A stretch of 64,000 bases of DNA from Aureliella sp. (GCA_963691875.1 OY829846.1:4256001-4320000), one strand, 5' to 3'. Shown: positions 9,055-18,956, numbered from the stretch's first letter. The notes: generated from the letters alone by a model not told the origin. Numbers and translations: made by a program.

Positions 9055-11271
9055 ATGGTTGAAAGTCAAAGTAAGGGATACCCTGCGTTTACTGCACAGC
9101 TCATGATCGGGCTCTCTCTCGGGATTGCCTGGGGTTTGTTCTTGGGCGACTCAGGCGAATGGGTCAAGTGGATCGGTGATGCTTTTGTCGGTCTACTACA
9201 GATGACTGTCTTGCCCTATGTCACCCTCACCCTGATTGCAAATGTCGGGCGTTTATCTTTGAAACAGGGATCGCGGATTGCCCGTGTATCTCTCGTGGTG
9301 ATTTTGTCACTCTGGCTGATTGGCCTAGCCACCTTAGTCGTGATGACCTTCTCCTACCCAGAGTGGAAATCTGGGTCTTTTTTCAGTACCAGTTTGGTGA
9401 AACCGCCTGAGAACCCGAACTGGCTTGAACTTTTTATCCCGTCCAATCCATTTTGGTCTTTGGCCAACAATCAAGTTCCTGCCATCGTTATCTTTTCTTT
9501 GGGACTGGGTATTGCATTGATCACGGTGGAAAACAAAGAACCGTTGCTCAACAAACTCGATATTTTGCTCGAAGGCTTGGCTCGATTGAACAAGATGGTG
9601 GTTCGGATGTCACCGATTGGGATGTTCGGCATCGTCGGCTACACGGCCACTGCAATGTCGTGGCAGCAGTTTGGACTCCTGCAGGGGTATTTGCTGGTGT
9701 ATGGCGCTGCTGCCATTGTATTGAGCCTATTATTGGTCCCGGCTCTTCTGGCTAGTTTCACACCCTTTTCTTACCGAGAGCTACTTAGCGCATCGCGAGA
9801 CATGTTGTTGACAGCGTTCATTGTCGGCAACACTTTCGTGGTCCTGCCAATGATCACTGATGCCGTTAAAAGTTTGATTAGAAAGCACTGGCCGGGTCAT
9901 GCGAACGACGAGGAAACTCATATGCCTGAATACTTCGTTCCGTTGGCTTATCCGTTTCCTGATCTAGGTCGCATCGTTGGGATGATTTTCATTCCCTTCG
10001 CGGCTTGGTTCTACGGTATGCAGATCGCACCCGGGAGCTATCTCGAACTGACTGTTGTTGGTTTTATAGGCGCCTTCGCCAAACCGATAATCACGATTCC
10101 TTTGCTGCTAAGTTTAGCAGAGATTCCAGATGACATTTTTCAGCTGTATTTAGTCGCCGGGGTGGTTGCCAGTCGATTCGGAGACTTGATGAAAGCAAGT
10201 CACCTATTCGCGTTCACTGTAGTGACAACCTGTGTCCTTTCTGGCAACCTGCGTTTCAATCTGCGGCGTAGTCTCCTGAAGGGCTTGCTTGCCTTCACTG
10301 TTTTGATCCTGTCAGTAGTAGTCGTCCGCAGTGTCTTGGTACGCTCATTTCAGTTTTCCTACGGCCGCGAAGATCTGGTCGTAGCCCGAGAGCTGAAAGG
10401 TCGTCCAGCCGAATTTGAAATTTTGAAAGAAGCTTCAGCCAACCCAGAACCACTCGAAAACGATGAAGATGTGATGGAACGAATTCTTCGTCGAGGGATC
10501 ATTCGCATTGGGTTTCAGCCGGAAGGCTTACCATTTTCTTACTTCAATCGCGAAGGTAATTTGGTGGGTTTCGACGTCGATATGGCTCATCAATTGGCGT
10601 TAGATCTGGATGTGGATATCGAGTTCGTTCCAATTACTGGCGATGTCGTGGAACACCTAAAGCTAGATCATTTTGATGTTGCCATGGCCGGTATGGAGGG
10701 CACTCTAAAACGATCGGCGGCGTTGCCGCATGTCGATCCGTACATGGATCTCACGATTGCATTTGTTGTACCCGATCATCGCCGGCAAGAGTTTAAATCG
10801 ATCAAAACGATTGACCGGAGCGAGCAATTGCTGGTTGCCGTCATTGCGGACAGTGTTGCATCGGAAGACTCGCGCACACTCAACGCGCTTGGCAGCTGGG
10901 GAGCGATGCAAGCTCAGGATGGCTTGTTGAACCTAAAGTTTGTGAGGATTCAGTCGGAGAGCGAATTCTTCGATTCCGATCCGCGCCCTGCGGAAGTCTT
11001 GGTGACAAGTGCAGAAGCCGGATCCGCTTGGACGCTCAATCACCCAGAATTCTCGGTTATTAAACCAGAAGAGCTAAACGTGCGAGTACCGCTCTATTAT
11101 CTGGTCGCAGAAGAATCGAGATTCGAGGAATTCCTCGAGGGTTGGTTGTCATTGAAGGAACGTGACGGCACAAAACAACAGCTGTACGATTACTGGATCC
11201 TGGGGCGTAACGCTGAAGGCGATACACCGAGATGGTGTATCATCCGCGACGTTCTGCATTGGGTGAAGTAA
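9055..11271 (+). CDS. Cation:dicarboxylate symporter (SDF/GltP family) fused to a C-terminal family 3 solute-binding domain
   Basis: IGDAFVGLLQMTVLPY, LFIPSNPF, RMSPIGMF and multiple TM segments; then RILRRGIIRIGF...PFSYFNREGNLVGFDVDMAHQLA (SBP_bac_3). Confidence 0.9.
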   Translation: MVESQSKGYPAFTAQLMIGLSLGIAWGLFLGDSGEWVKWIGDAFVGLLQMTVLPYVTLTLIANVGRLSLKQGSRIARVSLVVILSLWLIGLATLVVMTFSYPEWKSGSFFSTSLVKPPENPNWLELFIPSNPFWSLANNQVPAIVIFSLGLGIALITVENKEPLLNKLDILLEGLARLNKMVVRMSPIGMFGIVGYTATAMSWQQFGLLQGYLLVYGAAAIVLSLLLVPALLASFTPFSYRELLSASRDMLLTAFIVGNTFVVLPMITDAVKSLIRKHWPGHANDEETHMPEYFVPLAYPFPDLGRIVGMIFIPFAAWFYGMQIAPGSYLELTVVGFIGAFAKPIITIPLLLSLAEIPDDIFQLYLVAGVVASRFGDLMKASHLFAFTVVTTCVLSGNLRFNLRRSLLKGLLAFTVLILSVVVVRSVLVRSFQFSYGREDLVVARELKGRPAEFEILKEASANPEPLENDEDVMERILRRGIIRIGFQPEGLPFSYFNREGNLVGFDVDMAHQLALDLDVDIEFVPITGDVVEHLKLDHFDVAMAGMEGTLKRSAALPHVDPYMDLTIAFVVPDHRRQEFKSIKTIDRSEQLLVAVIADSVASEDSRTLNALGSWGAMQAQDGLLNLKFVRIQSESEFFDSDPRPAEVLVTSAEAGSAWTLNHPEFSVIKPEELNVRVPLYYLVAEESRFEEFLEGWLSLKERDGTKQQLYDYWILGRNAEGDTPRWCIIRDVLHWVK

Positions 11272-11360
11272 AGGCGGCTTTACCGACCTTCAAGGAACTC
11301 CGCCTGAATGTTAAGATTTGATGAAGGCGTTGAGAACTGAGCGAGTAAAGGTAGCTATCG

Positions 11361-12641
11361 TTGGTGAGTGAGAGAGGACGGCAACCACAAGTTTGGCTCT
11401 TGTTCTTCTACGGTTTTGGCAACGCCGCAACCTACTCCATCGCGCGAACCATTGCCGACAGCACCTATCTAAGCCGGATCGGCACCGGGCGTCTTCCGGA
11501 GGTTTACCTTCTTTCTGCTGGGATCGTCGCATTAGCCGCACTCGCCCATTCTGCTTCGTCTAAAAGGTTTGGGTTGCGTGGCACGATCGGTGGGACACTT
11601 TTGACCTTTAGCTCCGTATCGGTGCTATTGGCATTGAGTATGAGTAGAGTCCCAGACTCTCTAGCAGTGCTCACGACTGGCTACTTTCTTGCTCAGATTC
11701 GTGGAAGTCTGGGCACGATCCACTTCGCTACCGTTCTAAACGAGCAGTTTACGCGGCAAGGCGTAAAGCGCTACGTAGGCGTTATTGGAGCTGGGGCTAC
11801 CATCGCAGGATTTTCTTCAGGCTGCATGCTTGGCGTTCTGTCCGATTATTGGCAGGTTGAGAATTTCCTATATCTCGCCGCCGTCATTGACTTATTGACC
11901 ATTCTTCCATTTGTTTACCTGCGTAGATTCTTTTCAAATCAACGCTCGTCAGTAACGGAGAAACATGCTCAAGTTCACGAGTCCGGTCAAAGCGTTATTG
12001 GTTGGTCGCGAAAAGTCGATCGCTCGGGTTCGCGACTTGTTTGGATGCTTGCAAGCGTGGTCATGCTTTGTATTGTCGCCGTCACGCTGATTGAGTTTCA
12101 GTGGAAAGTCGCGGCCGCAAACGTGTGGGGCGGGGATGTCGTGGGAATGACGAAATACTTTGGGTTCTTCTATGGAACTCTTTACTTAATCACCGGAGTT
12201 TTGCAGCTGACGGTCACCGCTTGGCTGCTAAGGGGAAGCAGAGTCCTGTTTGCCGTGGCGGCACTGCCAACTGTACTTATTTTCGGTTCAGCGACCGCGA
12301 TCACGACCGCTTCTCAGTTTTCGCTATTCATCGCTCTGAATATTTGCAAACTTGGCGACGCGCTGCGGCGATCGCTCCACGATCATGCAGTACAGATTGC
12401 CTATTTTCCGCTACCCAGAAACGTACGCCGCGATGCGATCTCTTTTGTCTCAGGAGTCGTCAAACCCTTTGCTGAGGCGTTTGCCGCTGCTGCCGTGGTC
12501 CTGCTAAGTCCTTGGCTATCAGCACAGAGCTTTTTATTTCTGGTCGCGGTAGTCTGCCTTTTATGGCTAGCGGTTACCCAGATTCTTTGGCGCAAGACCA
12601 GTACAACCCTTTCTGGTGGTGAGGATTCGAAGGCAAGATGA
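11361..12641 (+). CDS. NTT/TLC-like (Npt1/Npt2) MFS transporter, membrane domain only
   Basis: About 12 hydrophobic segments. YSIARTIADSTYLSRIG..LP.VY, LIEFQWK and ALRRSLHD..VQIAYFPLP..VR resemble bacterial NTT-like proteins. Confidence 0.7.
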   Translation: MVSERGRQPQVWLLFFYGFGNAATYSIARTIADSTYLSRIGTGRLPEVYLLSAGIVALAALAHSASSKRFGLRGTIGGTLLTFSSVSVLLALSMSRVPDSLAVLTTGYFLAQIRGSLGTIHFATVLNEQFTRQGVKRYVGVIGAGATIAGFSSGCMLGVLSDYWQVENFLYLAAVIDLLTILPFVYLRRFFSNQRSSVTEKHAQVHESGQSVIGWSRKVDRSGSRLVWMLASVVMLCIVAVTLIEFQWKVAAANVWGGDVVGMTKYFGFFYGTLYLITGVLQLTVTAWLLRGSRVLFAVAALPTVLIFGSATAITTASQFSLFIALNICKLGDALRRSLHDHAVQIAYFPLPRNVRRDAISFVSGVVKPFAEAFAAAAVVLLSPWLSAQSFLFLVAVVCLLWLAVTQILWRKTSTTLSGGEDSKAR

Positions 12642-12761
12642 TGCCATTCTTCATCAAAGCTTAACGCTTTCTCCTTCTAGCTTGTGCAACAATTAGCAGA
12701 TCTTGAGTAATGGCCGGCGCGATGTGCCGGAAGGTCCTATTTCTTGACATTGAGACTGTGT

Positions 12762-12905
12762 GTGTCTGCTTCACTTGAACCCATCGAAGACAGTGTGTTG
12801 CCTGCCACTATTGCTGACACGCACCAAGACCACCCAACGTCGATTGATTGGCGTATTCTGTTGGGCTGCGTGACAGTTGGGCTCTATTTATACTTCGCCT
12901 TCTAA
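12762..12905 (+). CDS. Putative 47-aa small membrane protein (not in ORF track)
   Basis: GTG start; VSASLEPIEDSVLPATIADTHQDHPTSIDWRILLGCVTVGLYLYFAF*. Acidic N-terminus and one C-terminal TM helix. It fills an otherwise empty gap. Confidence 0.4.
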   Translation: MSASLEPIEDSVLPATIADTHQDHPTSIDWRILLGCVTVGLYLYFAF

Positions 12906-12990
12906 CAGGGCTGGTTCGTAGCTCAGGGCGTCAACTTGGCGATGTAGAAGACACGCCGCTGCTATTGAGGTCATACTTGCACTGTGAACG

Positions 12991-13027
12991 AAAAAGAGAC
13001 AGCGTCACTTGCTAGTGAAACTGCCTC
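12991..13027 (-). terminator. Putative intrinsic terminator of the porin/Cys-rich operon
   Basis: The minus strand reads GAGGCAG-TT-TCACT-AGCA-AGTGA-CG-CTGTCTC followed by TTTTT. Confidence 0.5.
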
Positions 13028-13065
13028 ATTTGCTTGGAAAGCGTTCGACTGTCTGCTAGGAGTTT

Positions 13066-13533
13066 CTAGCGCCTAATTACCTGGGTTTGCATGACCGACG
13101 CAGCGGTTTTTTCCAACTCCTCTGGATCGATAGAAGCACAATTTTTTGCTTCTTTTGGCACCCACTTGTACTTGCAAGTCGGGCACTCGTAGGTGTGTTT
13201 TTCAAGAGTGCAGACAGTTCGAGTTCTGGCTAGCTTTGGTGGTGCACAGCATGGCTTGCTGCACCCGCCGTCGCAATTGCCGTCACACTGTGCGGGAATC
13301 TTTTTCTTATCCCAGGGCCATTGCCATGAGAAAGTGACTCGAGGGATGCAAATCGCCTTGGGTTTTACTTTCCAACAGTGCTTCTCTTCCGTGCCTTCCT
13401 CAACCTTCAACTCACAGAAAGTCTTGCACTTGGGGCAACAAGCCTTTCCGTCACCAGCCATCGCGGGTGACAGCAACGCGCCAAACAGGATGGCTGCGGC
13501 GAAAAGTCGGTAGTGCAGGTTTCGGGTACTCAT
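13066..13533 (-). CDS. Secreted cysteine-rich hypothetical protein
   Basis: Signal peptide ending AMA. 15 Cys in the mature part. AAGGAAG precedes the ATG. Directly downstream of the porin gene. Confidence 0.8.
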   Translation of the reverse strand: MSTRNLHYRLFAAAILFGALLSPAMAGDGKACCPKCKTFCELKVEEGTEEKHCWKVKPKAICIPRVTFSWQWPWDKKKIPAQCDGNCDGGCSKPCCAPPKLARTRTVCTLEKHTYECPTCKYKWVPKEAKNCASIDPEELEKTAASVMQTQVIRR

Positions 13534-13592
13534 ATTTGACTTCCTTGAATAGCTTCTGATTTCATTTTTGGTTATCCGATTCGAGTCGCCGC

Positions 13593-15084
13593 TTAGAAGT
13601 CGACCATGAAACGGGTGCCAACGACGTTGTAGGTCCCATCCGTGAATCCGCCAACGTCAGCATGCTCTTGGATGTCGCCATAGATGTAGTTGACCTGGAC
13701 CTTTGAGTAGGCTGTCCAGAACCAGTTCAGACCTGCAGTGAAGTTGTTGCCAACACCACCAAGAATATTGTCATCCGAGAGATCGAGGTACGAATAACGA
13801 GCAGCTATCTGAAGAGCTCCGAGCCCGAATCCACGACCACCCTTGCAACGATCTACGAGAAAGAAATTCTCGAAAGGTTTAACACGACCAATGATGCCCT
13901 TTTGGCGGTCGTAAGGCTGGTGCTCACCTGTAAGGAAGTAGGAAACCTGTACGTAGCCACCATGGAAGAACAAATCACTGCCTCCGTCACGTTGCGTCCA
14001 GTTGGCTTGGAACTCGGAAACAACTTGGAGAGCACCAACATTGACCGCGGTTTCAAAGGCCAAGATCTCATAATCAGAGATCCCGGCGATACGTCCAGTG
14101 TTGAGCCAGCGCTGATCTGAGCGATTTTCACCACGAGTTCGAAAACGTCCATCGTTGTTATTTGTTTCGCCAGGGAATCGGTCGCCGTCAGGACGAGCGT
14201 ACATGCCCGCGACGGCCCAGTGGAGATACCCGCGTCCACCGGAGCTGTGATCGTACCAAGGGCTGGAGGACAATCGAGCGTTGGCACTCATCTGCAACGA
14301 GTCGCCGATGAAACGACCATCTGTTGAGGTGTTCTCTAAGCTGTAGACACCATAACGCCAGTGGAATAAGTCGTCGTCGGTGTAACCGTAGGCGGCCAAA
14401 CCAATTCGACGAGCGTCTTCGTTGAACGCTTCCACGACCAAGGGGCGTTCCATGAAAACGTTGTAACGACTACTGTTCAGGTGATCCATTCCGAGTGGAC
14501 GCTTTTGGTTACCAAGCAGGATCGTTTGGTTATAAGGCAGTTCTTTCCACCCGAGGTAGATGTCCTTGTACTCAGGACGACCAGGGTTGTTGTAATCTAC
14601 CTCCAGCTTGTAAAGCATGGTCTCAAGAACATCACCCTTCATGCCCAAACGAAGTCGTCGAAACGCGAAGCGGTCTTCGGTATCCGTACCGAAATTGGCA
14701 TTCGTCGGATCAGGGTGCTCGTAGAATCCAATGCCAGGTGATTCCTTTGGATAGCCCCAGTAGTCAGCGTGGATTCGACCTGTCCAAGACCAACTTGGCT
14801 TCTTTGGAGGAGTGTAAACTTCTTCCTCTGCCTCGGCCGGCTTCTCCAGTTCAGCTATTCGCGCTTCTAACGCTTCGATCTGCTCGCTGAAATCGACGCC
14901 CGAGGTTTCAGAACCGGTTGACTCGACCACCGATTTTGATTCCTGGTCCGTGAGGGCCAGTGAGGGCCAGTGAGGTGCCGTTGGTGCTTGTGAAGTAGGT
15001 CTGGCCTTGCACGACTCTCGTGGTCAAAACCGGGAAATTGAGTGCGATGACTATGACCATCGCAGGTAGTAGTTTTGCTTGCAT
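13593..15084 (-). pseudogene. OprO/OprP-family phosphate-selective porin, frameshifted near the 5' end by a 10-bp duplication
   Basis: The body 13593-14930 has WTGRIHAD, FRRLRLG, GNQKRPLGMD..NSSRY..FMERP, GGYVQVSYFLTGE and a C-terminal F. ATG 15084 gives a signal peptide (MQAKLLPAMVIVIALNFPVLTTRVVQG) that joins the body in frame only if one 10-bp unit of GTGAGGGCCA-GTGAGGGCCA-GTGAGG (14950-14975) is removed. Confidence 0.85.
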
Positions 15085-15396
15085 TGGTACTTGTCAAAAA
15101 GACCGCGTAGAGTTTCTGAATATGAAGTTCGTCCCAAACCTACCTTCCCGGCGCAAAATTAATAAAGTTTGAAGGCTATTCAGTACTTTCGGTGCCACAG
15201 TCGAACCGGTTAGACTCGGTTTTCCAAGGAGGAAAAATCTGACGGTTGGCTAGCCGGGAAAGCCTGGGCGAATATGGTGGCAGGTAGCGCTTTGCTATTC
15301 CATACAGACCCAACCCCAGAAACGTAAGAAAAAAACGTGTGTATTATGGAGCCTTCACTGACTTCAATTTCTTTCCGCTAGCGAACAGTCCTCTTG

Positions 15397-16053
15397 ATGC
15401 CTGAAGCGAACGGCAAAACTACTCCAGGCAATTCGAATGAGGCCTTTGGCGTACTCGAAACGACGGGGTGGACTCCCGCGATGGTCTCCTTGGACGATAT
15501 GGAGAAGGCGGCGAAGATTCGTGTTTGGCAAGTCGAACTCAATGACTTTCTGGGTACTTGCATCAAAGTCCTCGGTCCGGTCGACGCGGTTCGAACTGCG
15601 ATCGATCGCGGAACACGGGTCGCTGAGCAAATGCAGGGTGACCCAAAGAGCCGAGTCATCCCCCGGCTGAGTTCAGAAGCGGTCGCGGGTGTTGTCAGCC
15701 GTGTCGAATTCAATCCACTGATTCAGCAAAACGTAGTCAAAGAACCTCCAGGAGCAGATATGCCTGATTCAAACACCTCGGGACCCGTTCAGGCATTGGG
15801 ATTCATCGAGACTCAAGGCTTCACTGCCGTTTTCGAAGCGGTGGACACCGCCTGCAAAGCCGCTCAAGTTGAAGTGGTCGGCAAAGAAAAACTCGGCGGC
15901 GGGTATGTCACCATCGTGATCCGTGGTGATGTTGCAGCAGTCCGAGCGGCAATCGACGCTGCAGGACCAGCCGTGTCAGGGCTGGGGAATTTGATTGCCG
16001 CCCATGTCATTGCGCGTCCTAGCGAATCTGTCCTTTCATTGCTTCCGCAATAG
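15397..16053 (+). CDS. Tandem BMC-domain shell protein (two non-permuted BMC domains, BMC-T single-layer type)
   Basis: Domain 1: AFGVLETTG...DMEKAA...RVIPR. Domain 2: ALGFIETQG...DTACKAAQV...KLGGGYVTIVIRGDVAAVRAAIDA...AAHVIARP. Confidence 0.95.
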   Translation: MPEANGKTTPGNSNEAFGVLETTGWTPAMVSLDDMEKAAKIRVWQVELNDFLGTCIKVLGPVDAVRTAIDRGTRVAEQMQGDPKSRVIPRLSSEAVAGVVSRVEFNPLIQQNVVKEPPGADMPDSNTSGPVQALGFIETQGFTAVFEAVDTACKAAQVEVVGKEKLGGGYVTIVIRGDVAAVRAAIDAAGPAVSGLGNLIAAHVIARPSESVLSLLPQ

Positions 16054-16116
16054 CTTACGAATTCAGCTATATTGCGATCCTCCCTACCTCCAAACACTCA
16101 TCCCAGGAGCACAACC

Positions 16117-17658
16117 ATGGTTACCGTTGCGCCGCAAATTCAGCCCTTCACCGCAAGACAATTTGAAAAGCCCGAGAAGTTCTTAGATTTCTGCGAGAAC
16201 AACGGGCGCCCCTTAGCTGGCATTATTGGTGGTCGTGACGTGATGGGTTCCATGAATGTCACTTACGACACGACTGATCCAGGTTCACTGGAAGTCTTGG
16301 CGAGCGTCTGCGAGATGGGGCAAGCCGAAGTAGGACTAGCTGTGGACGAAGCGCAGGCTGCTTTCACCAGCTGGGGTAAGACAAGCGTCGAGGAGCGTTG
16401 CAAACTGGTGATGAAGTTGGTTGAGCTCTGTGAGCGAGACCGTGATGTCTTCCTGGCATGCGAGATCTTTGATGGTGGCAAAGTCTCCGAACTAGCCGAA
16501 GGTGACTTTACGCAAATTCGCGCTTGCGCCGAGTACTTCTGCGATGTAGCCAAGAAAGCCGAGATGGGTGAAGGCCCAGCCATGCAAGTTGCAGCAGGCA
16601 TGAAGGGTTTTACCTATCGCGAACCTTGGGGCGTGGTCGCTGGAATCATTCCGTGGAATTATCCAGTCGTACTCAATAGTTGGTTCATCTTCCCAGCACT
16701 TCTGGCCGGGAACTGCGTTTTGCTAAAACCTGCTGAAGACACTCCGCTGTCGGCACTTTACACCGGCAAGCTAGCCGAAGAAGCCGGTTTTCCACCCGGC
16801 GTGTTCAACGTCTTGCCGGGCCGTGGGGAAATTACCGGTCAGTTTATCGCCGAGCACCCAGGTGTTCGCTACATTTCATTCACAGGTTCGCCCGGCGTGG
16901 GGCAAGCGATCATGCGCACCTGCGACGCTCACGGCACTCGTATGAAACGAGAGATGGGTGGCAATGGAGCCGCGATCGTTTTGGGCGACGCAGACCCAGG
17001 AGTCGTTGCTCGCCAGATCGGACGCTACACGAATCAGCACTTCGGTCAAACTTGCTGCACCGTGCACCGAATTTTTGTGGACCAGAAAATCGCGGATGAT
17101 TTCGCGGATGCGCAACGCGACTTCTTTGAGAACTTGCAGATTGGCTACCAGGCCGACGCGGGTACGCAGCTTGGCGCGGTGGTGAACTCCACTCAGTACA
17201 GCCGCATTCAACGCGCTCAGCAAGAAACTTTAGCGCGTGGTGGTCAAGCAGTCTTGCCTGGTGGTGTTGCCGAAGTGGCCGATCGAACCGGTTACTACCT
17301 CAAGCCAGCTTTGTTCCGAACTGAGCCTGGCGTAGACTGCAATCCGCTCGAAGTCTTCCATACCTATGCGACTATTTGCCCTGTGAGCTCTGAAGAGCAG
17401 GCTGTTGCACTGGCAAACAGTTCGCCTTACGGTTTGGGGGCGAGCGTATGGACCAGGGATACCGAACGGGGAGTGCAGATCGCGAAACAGTTCCGAGACG
17501 GAACCTGCCAAGTCAACTGCCACAACTCGATCGCATATGGCCTTCCTTATGGCGGACAGGGTATCTCAGGTGGTCCTGGCGGTGGAGTGAATTGCGAAGA
17601 GACTTTCTTTGACTACACCCAAGTGAAGGCCGTGTACGTTGGTGACTATCCGGAGTGA
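16117..17658 (+). CDS. NAD(P)-dependent aldehyde dehydrogenase
   Basis: EPWGVVAGIIPWNYP, LKPAEDTP, FTGS, catalytic Glu in EMGGN, catalytic Cys in GQTCC, ANSSPYGLGASVWT. AGGAG RBS before ATG 16117. Confidence 0.95.
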   Translation: MVTVAPQIQPFTARQFEKPEKFLDFCENNGRPLAGIIGGRDVMGSMNVTYDTTDPGSLEVLASVCEMGQAEVGLAVDEAQAAFTSWGKTSVEERCKLVMKLVELCERDRDVFLACEIFDGGKVSELAEGDFTQIRACAEYFCDVAKKAEMGEGPAMQVAAGMKGFTYREPWGVVAGIIPWNYPVVLNSWFIFPALLAGNCVLLKPAEDTPLSALYTGKLAEEAGFPPGVFNVLPGRGEITGQFIAEHPGVRYISFTGSPGVGQAIMRTCDAHGTRMKREMGGNGAAIVLGDADPGVVARQIGRYTNQHFGQTCCTVHRIFVDQKIADDFADAQRDFFENLQIGYQADAGTQLGAVVNSTQYSRIQRAQQETLARGGQAVLPGGVAEVADRTGYYLKPALFRTEPGVDCNPLEVFHTYATICPVSSEEQAVALANSSPYGLGASVWTRDTERGVQIAKQFRDGTCQVNCHNSIAYGLPYGGQGISGGPGGGVNCEETFFDYTQVKAVYVGDYPE

Positions 17659-17840
17659 TTTTGGATGAACCGTTCGGCAATAACCGCAGGCTTCCAGGCT
17701 CTAGATGATCTAAAGTCTGGGGCTACCAAGAACGATACGAGGACGGTGTTGCGATGTTCTACGAAGTTGATCGCTTTATCGTGTTACTTGCAGAGGGGCG
17801 GCTAAAGCCTGAAAACGAGCAGGTCGCGCACTCCAGTGCT

Positions 17841-18743
17841 TCACTCCCCTTTGCGCCAGAGCCAACGGAGGGACTCGGGAAGTATGGCGCCGCCGTGAAT
17901 GCCGTTATGGCCTCCTTCGCCGTAAACAAACTTGTAGTCGTAGCCTTTAAACTTCAGTGACGCAGCCATTTCTTGATTCGCCAGTGGCCAATTGCCGTGC
18001 TGGTTGTCGAGGTCGCCCGATCCATCCTGCAAGAAAACGCGAATCGGCTTCTTTTCCGCCTTACGAATCAATGCTTCGCAGTGATTACCACCGCGAATGT
18101 TGACAAAACTGCCAACATGACTGAGGACTTTGCGGAAGTAGTCGGGACGTTCCCAGGCAGATGTCCACGCACAGATTCCGCCGGAGCTGATGCCGCAAAT
18201 GGCCCGCATCTCGGGATCATCGGTCAACTTGTACTTCTTTCCGACTTCCGGCAGAATCTCTTGGATCAAAAACCGAGCGTACTGATCTGAAAGCGTATCG
18301 TACTCAAAACTGCGGTTGTTTGGCGTAGGTCGCCAGCCGCGTTGCTCTGGCAGTTCTTTGTGCTTGTGCCCAGGGTCGATAAAGATACCGATCGTGACCG
18401 GCATTGCACCCTCGTGAATCAAGTTGTCCATGACAGTGGTCGCGCGAAATTGTCCTTGTGGATTCACATAGGCATGTCCATCTTGAAAAACCATGACCGC
18501 CGCCGGTTTCGAGCCATCGTACTGAGCGGGCACATAAACCGAATAACGCCTCACCGTGTCTTCGAAAACTTTGCTACCCCACTCGTGTTCAGTGACTTTG
18601 CCCCTAGGGACGTCTGCCTTAACCATCGAATCGGGGCCTAGTTTGTACTGACTTTCATCCGCTCGTGCCAAGAAGGAAAAACAGCAAGTCAAAACTGAGA
18701 GTAAGCCGAAACGAACGGAGGGAGAAAGTGAAAGTGTTTTCAT
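17841..18743 (-). CDS. Secreted esterase (enterochelin-esterase-like alpha/beta hydrolase)
   Basis: YVPAQY, VMVFQDG, NRSFEYD, nucleophile motif GISSGG, GEGGH. Has a signal peptide. Confidence 0.9.
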   Translation of the reverse strand: MKTLSLSPSVRFGLLSVLTCCFSFLARADESQYKLGPDSMVKADVPRGKVTEHEWGSKVFEDTVRRYSVYVPAQYDGSKPAAVMVFQDGHAYVNPQGQFRATTVMDNLIHEGAMPVTIGIFIDPGHKHKELPEQRGWRPTPNNRSFEYDTLSDQYARFLIQEILPEVGKKYKLTDDPEMRAICGISSGGICAWTSAWERPDYFRKVLSHVGSFVNIRGGNHCEALIRKAEKKPIRVFLQDGSGDLDNQHGNWPLANQEMAASLKFKGYDYKFVYGEGGHNGIHGGAILPESLRWLWRKGE

Positions 18744-18956
18744 GAAGAGAAGGGCCTTTAAGGAGCTTGGCAGGGTGCAGGGCAAGTCATCGAGTTTTTT
18801 TGATTAGACAGCAACATTGTGACAGAAATCTAGATAACTTGTGCCACTCCAACTATCACCTGAGTTTACGCGGCGCAGGCCATTAGATACCGCTTGGCAG
18901 ATGAATTGTTTGTTGCCATGCCGATTCCGTTTTCATTCAAGTCACAGTTGTCCGCC

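Noticed and set aside
16117..16210. Definite encapsulation peptide on the ALDH
   Set aside because: An N-terminal extension exists, but it does not clearly match the amphipathic helix pattern. It is kept only as a hint within the BMC finding.
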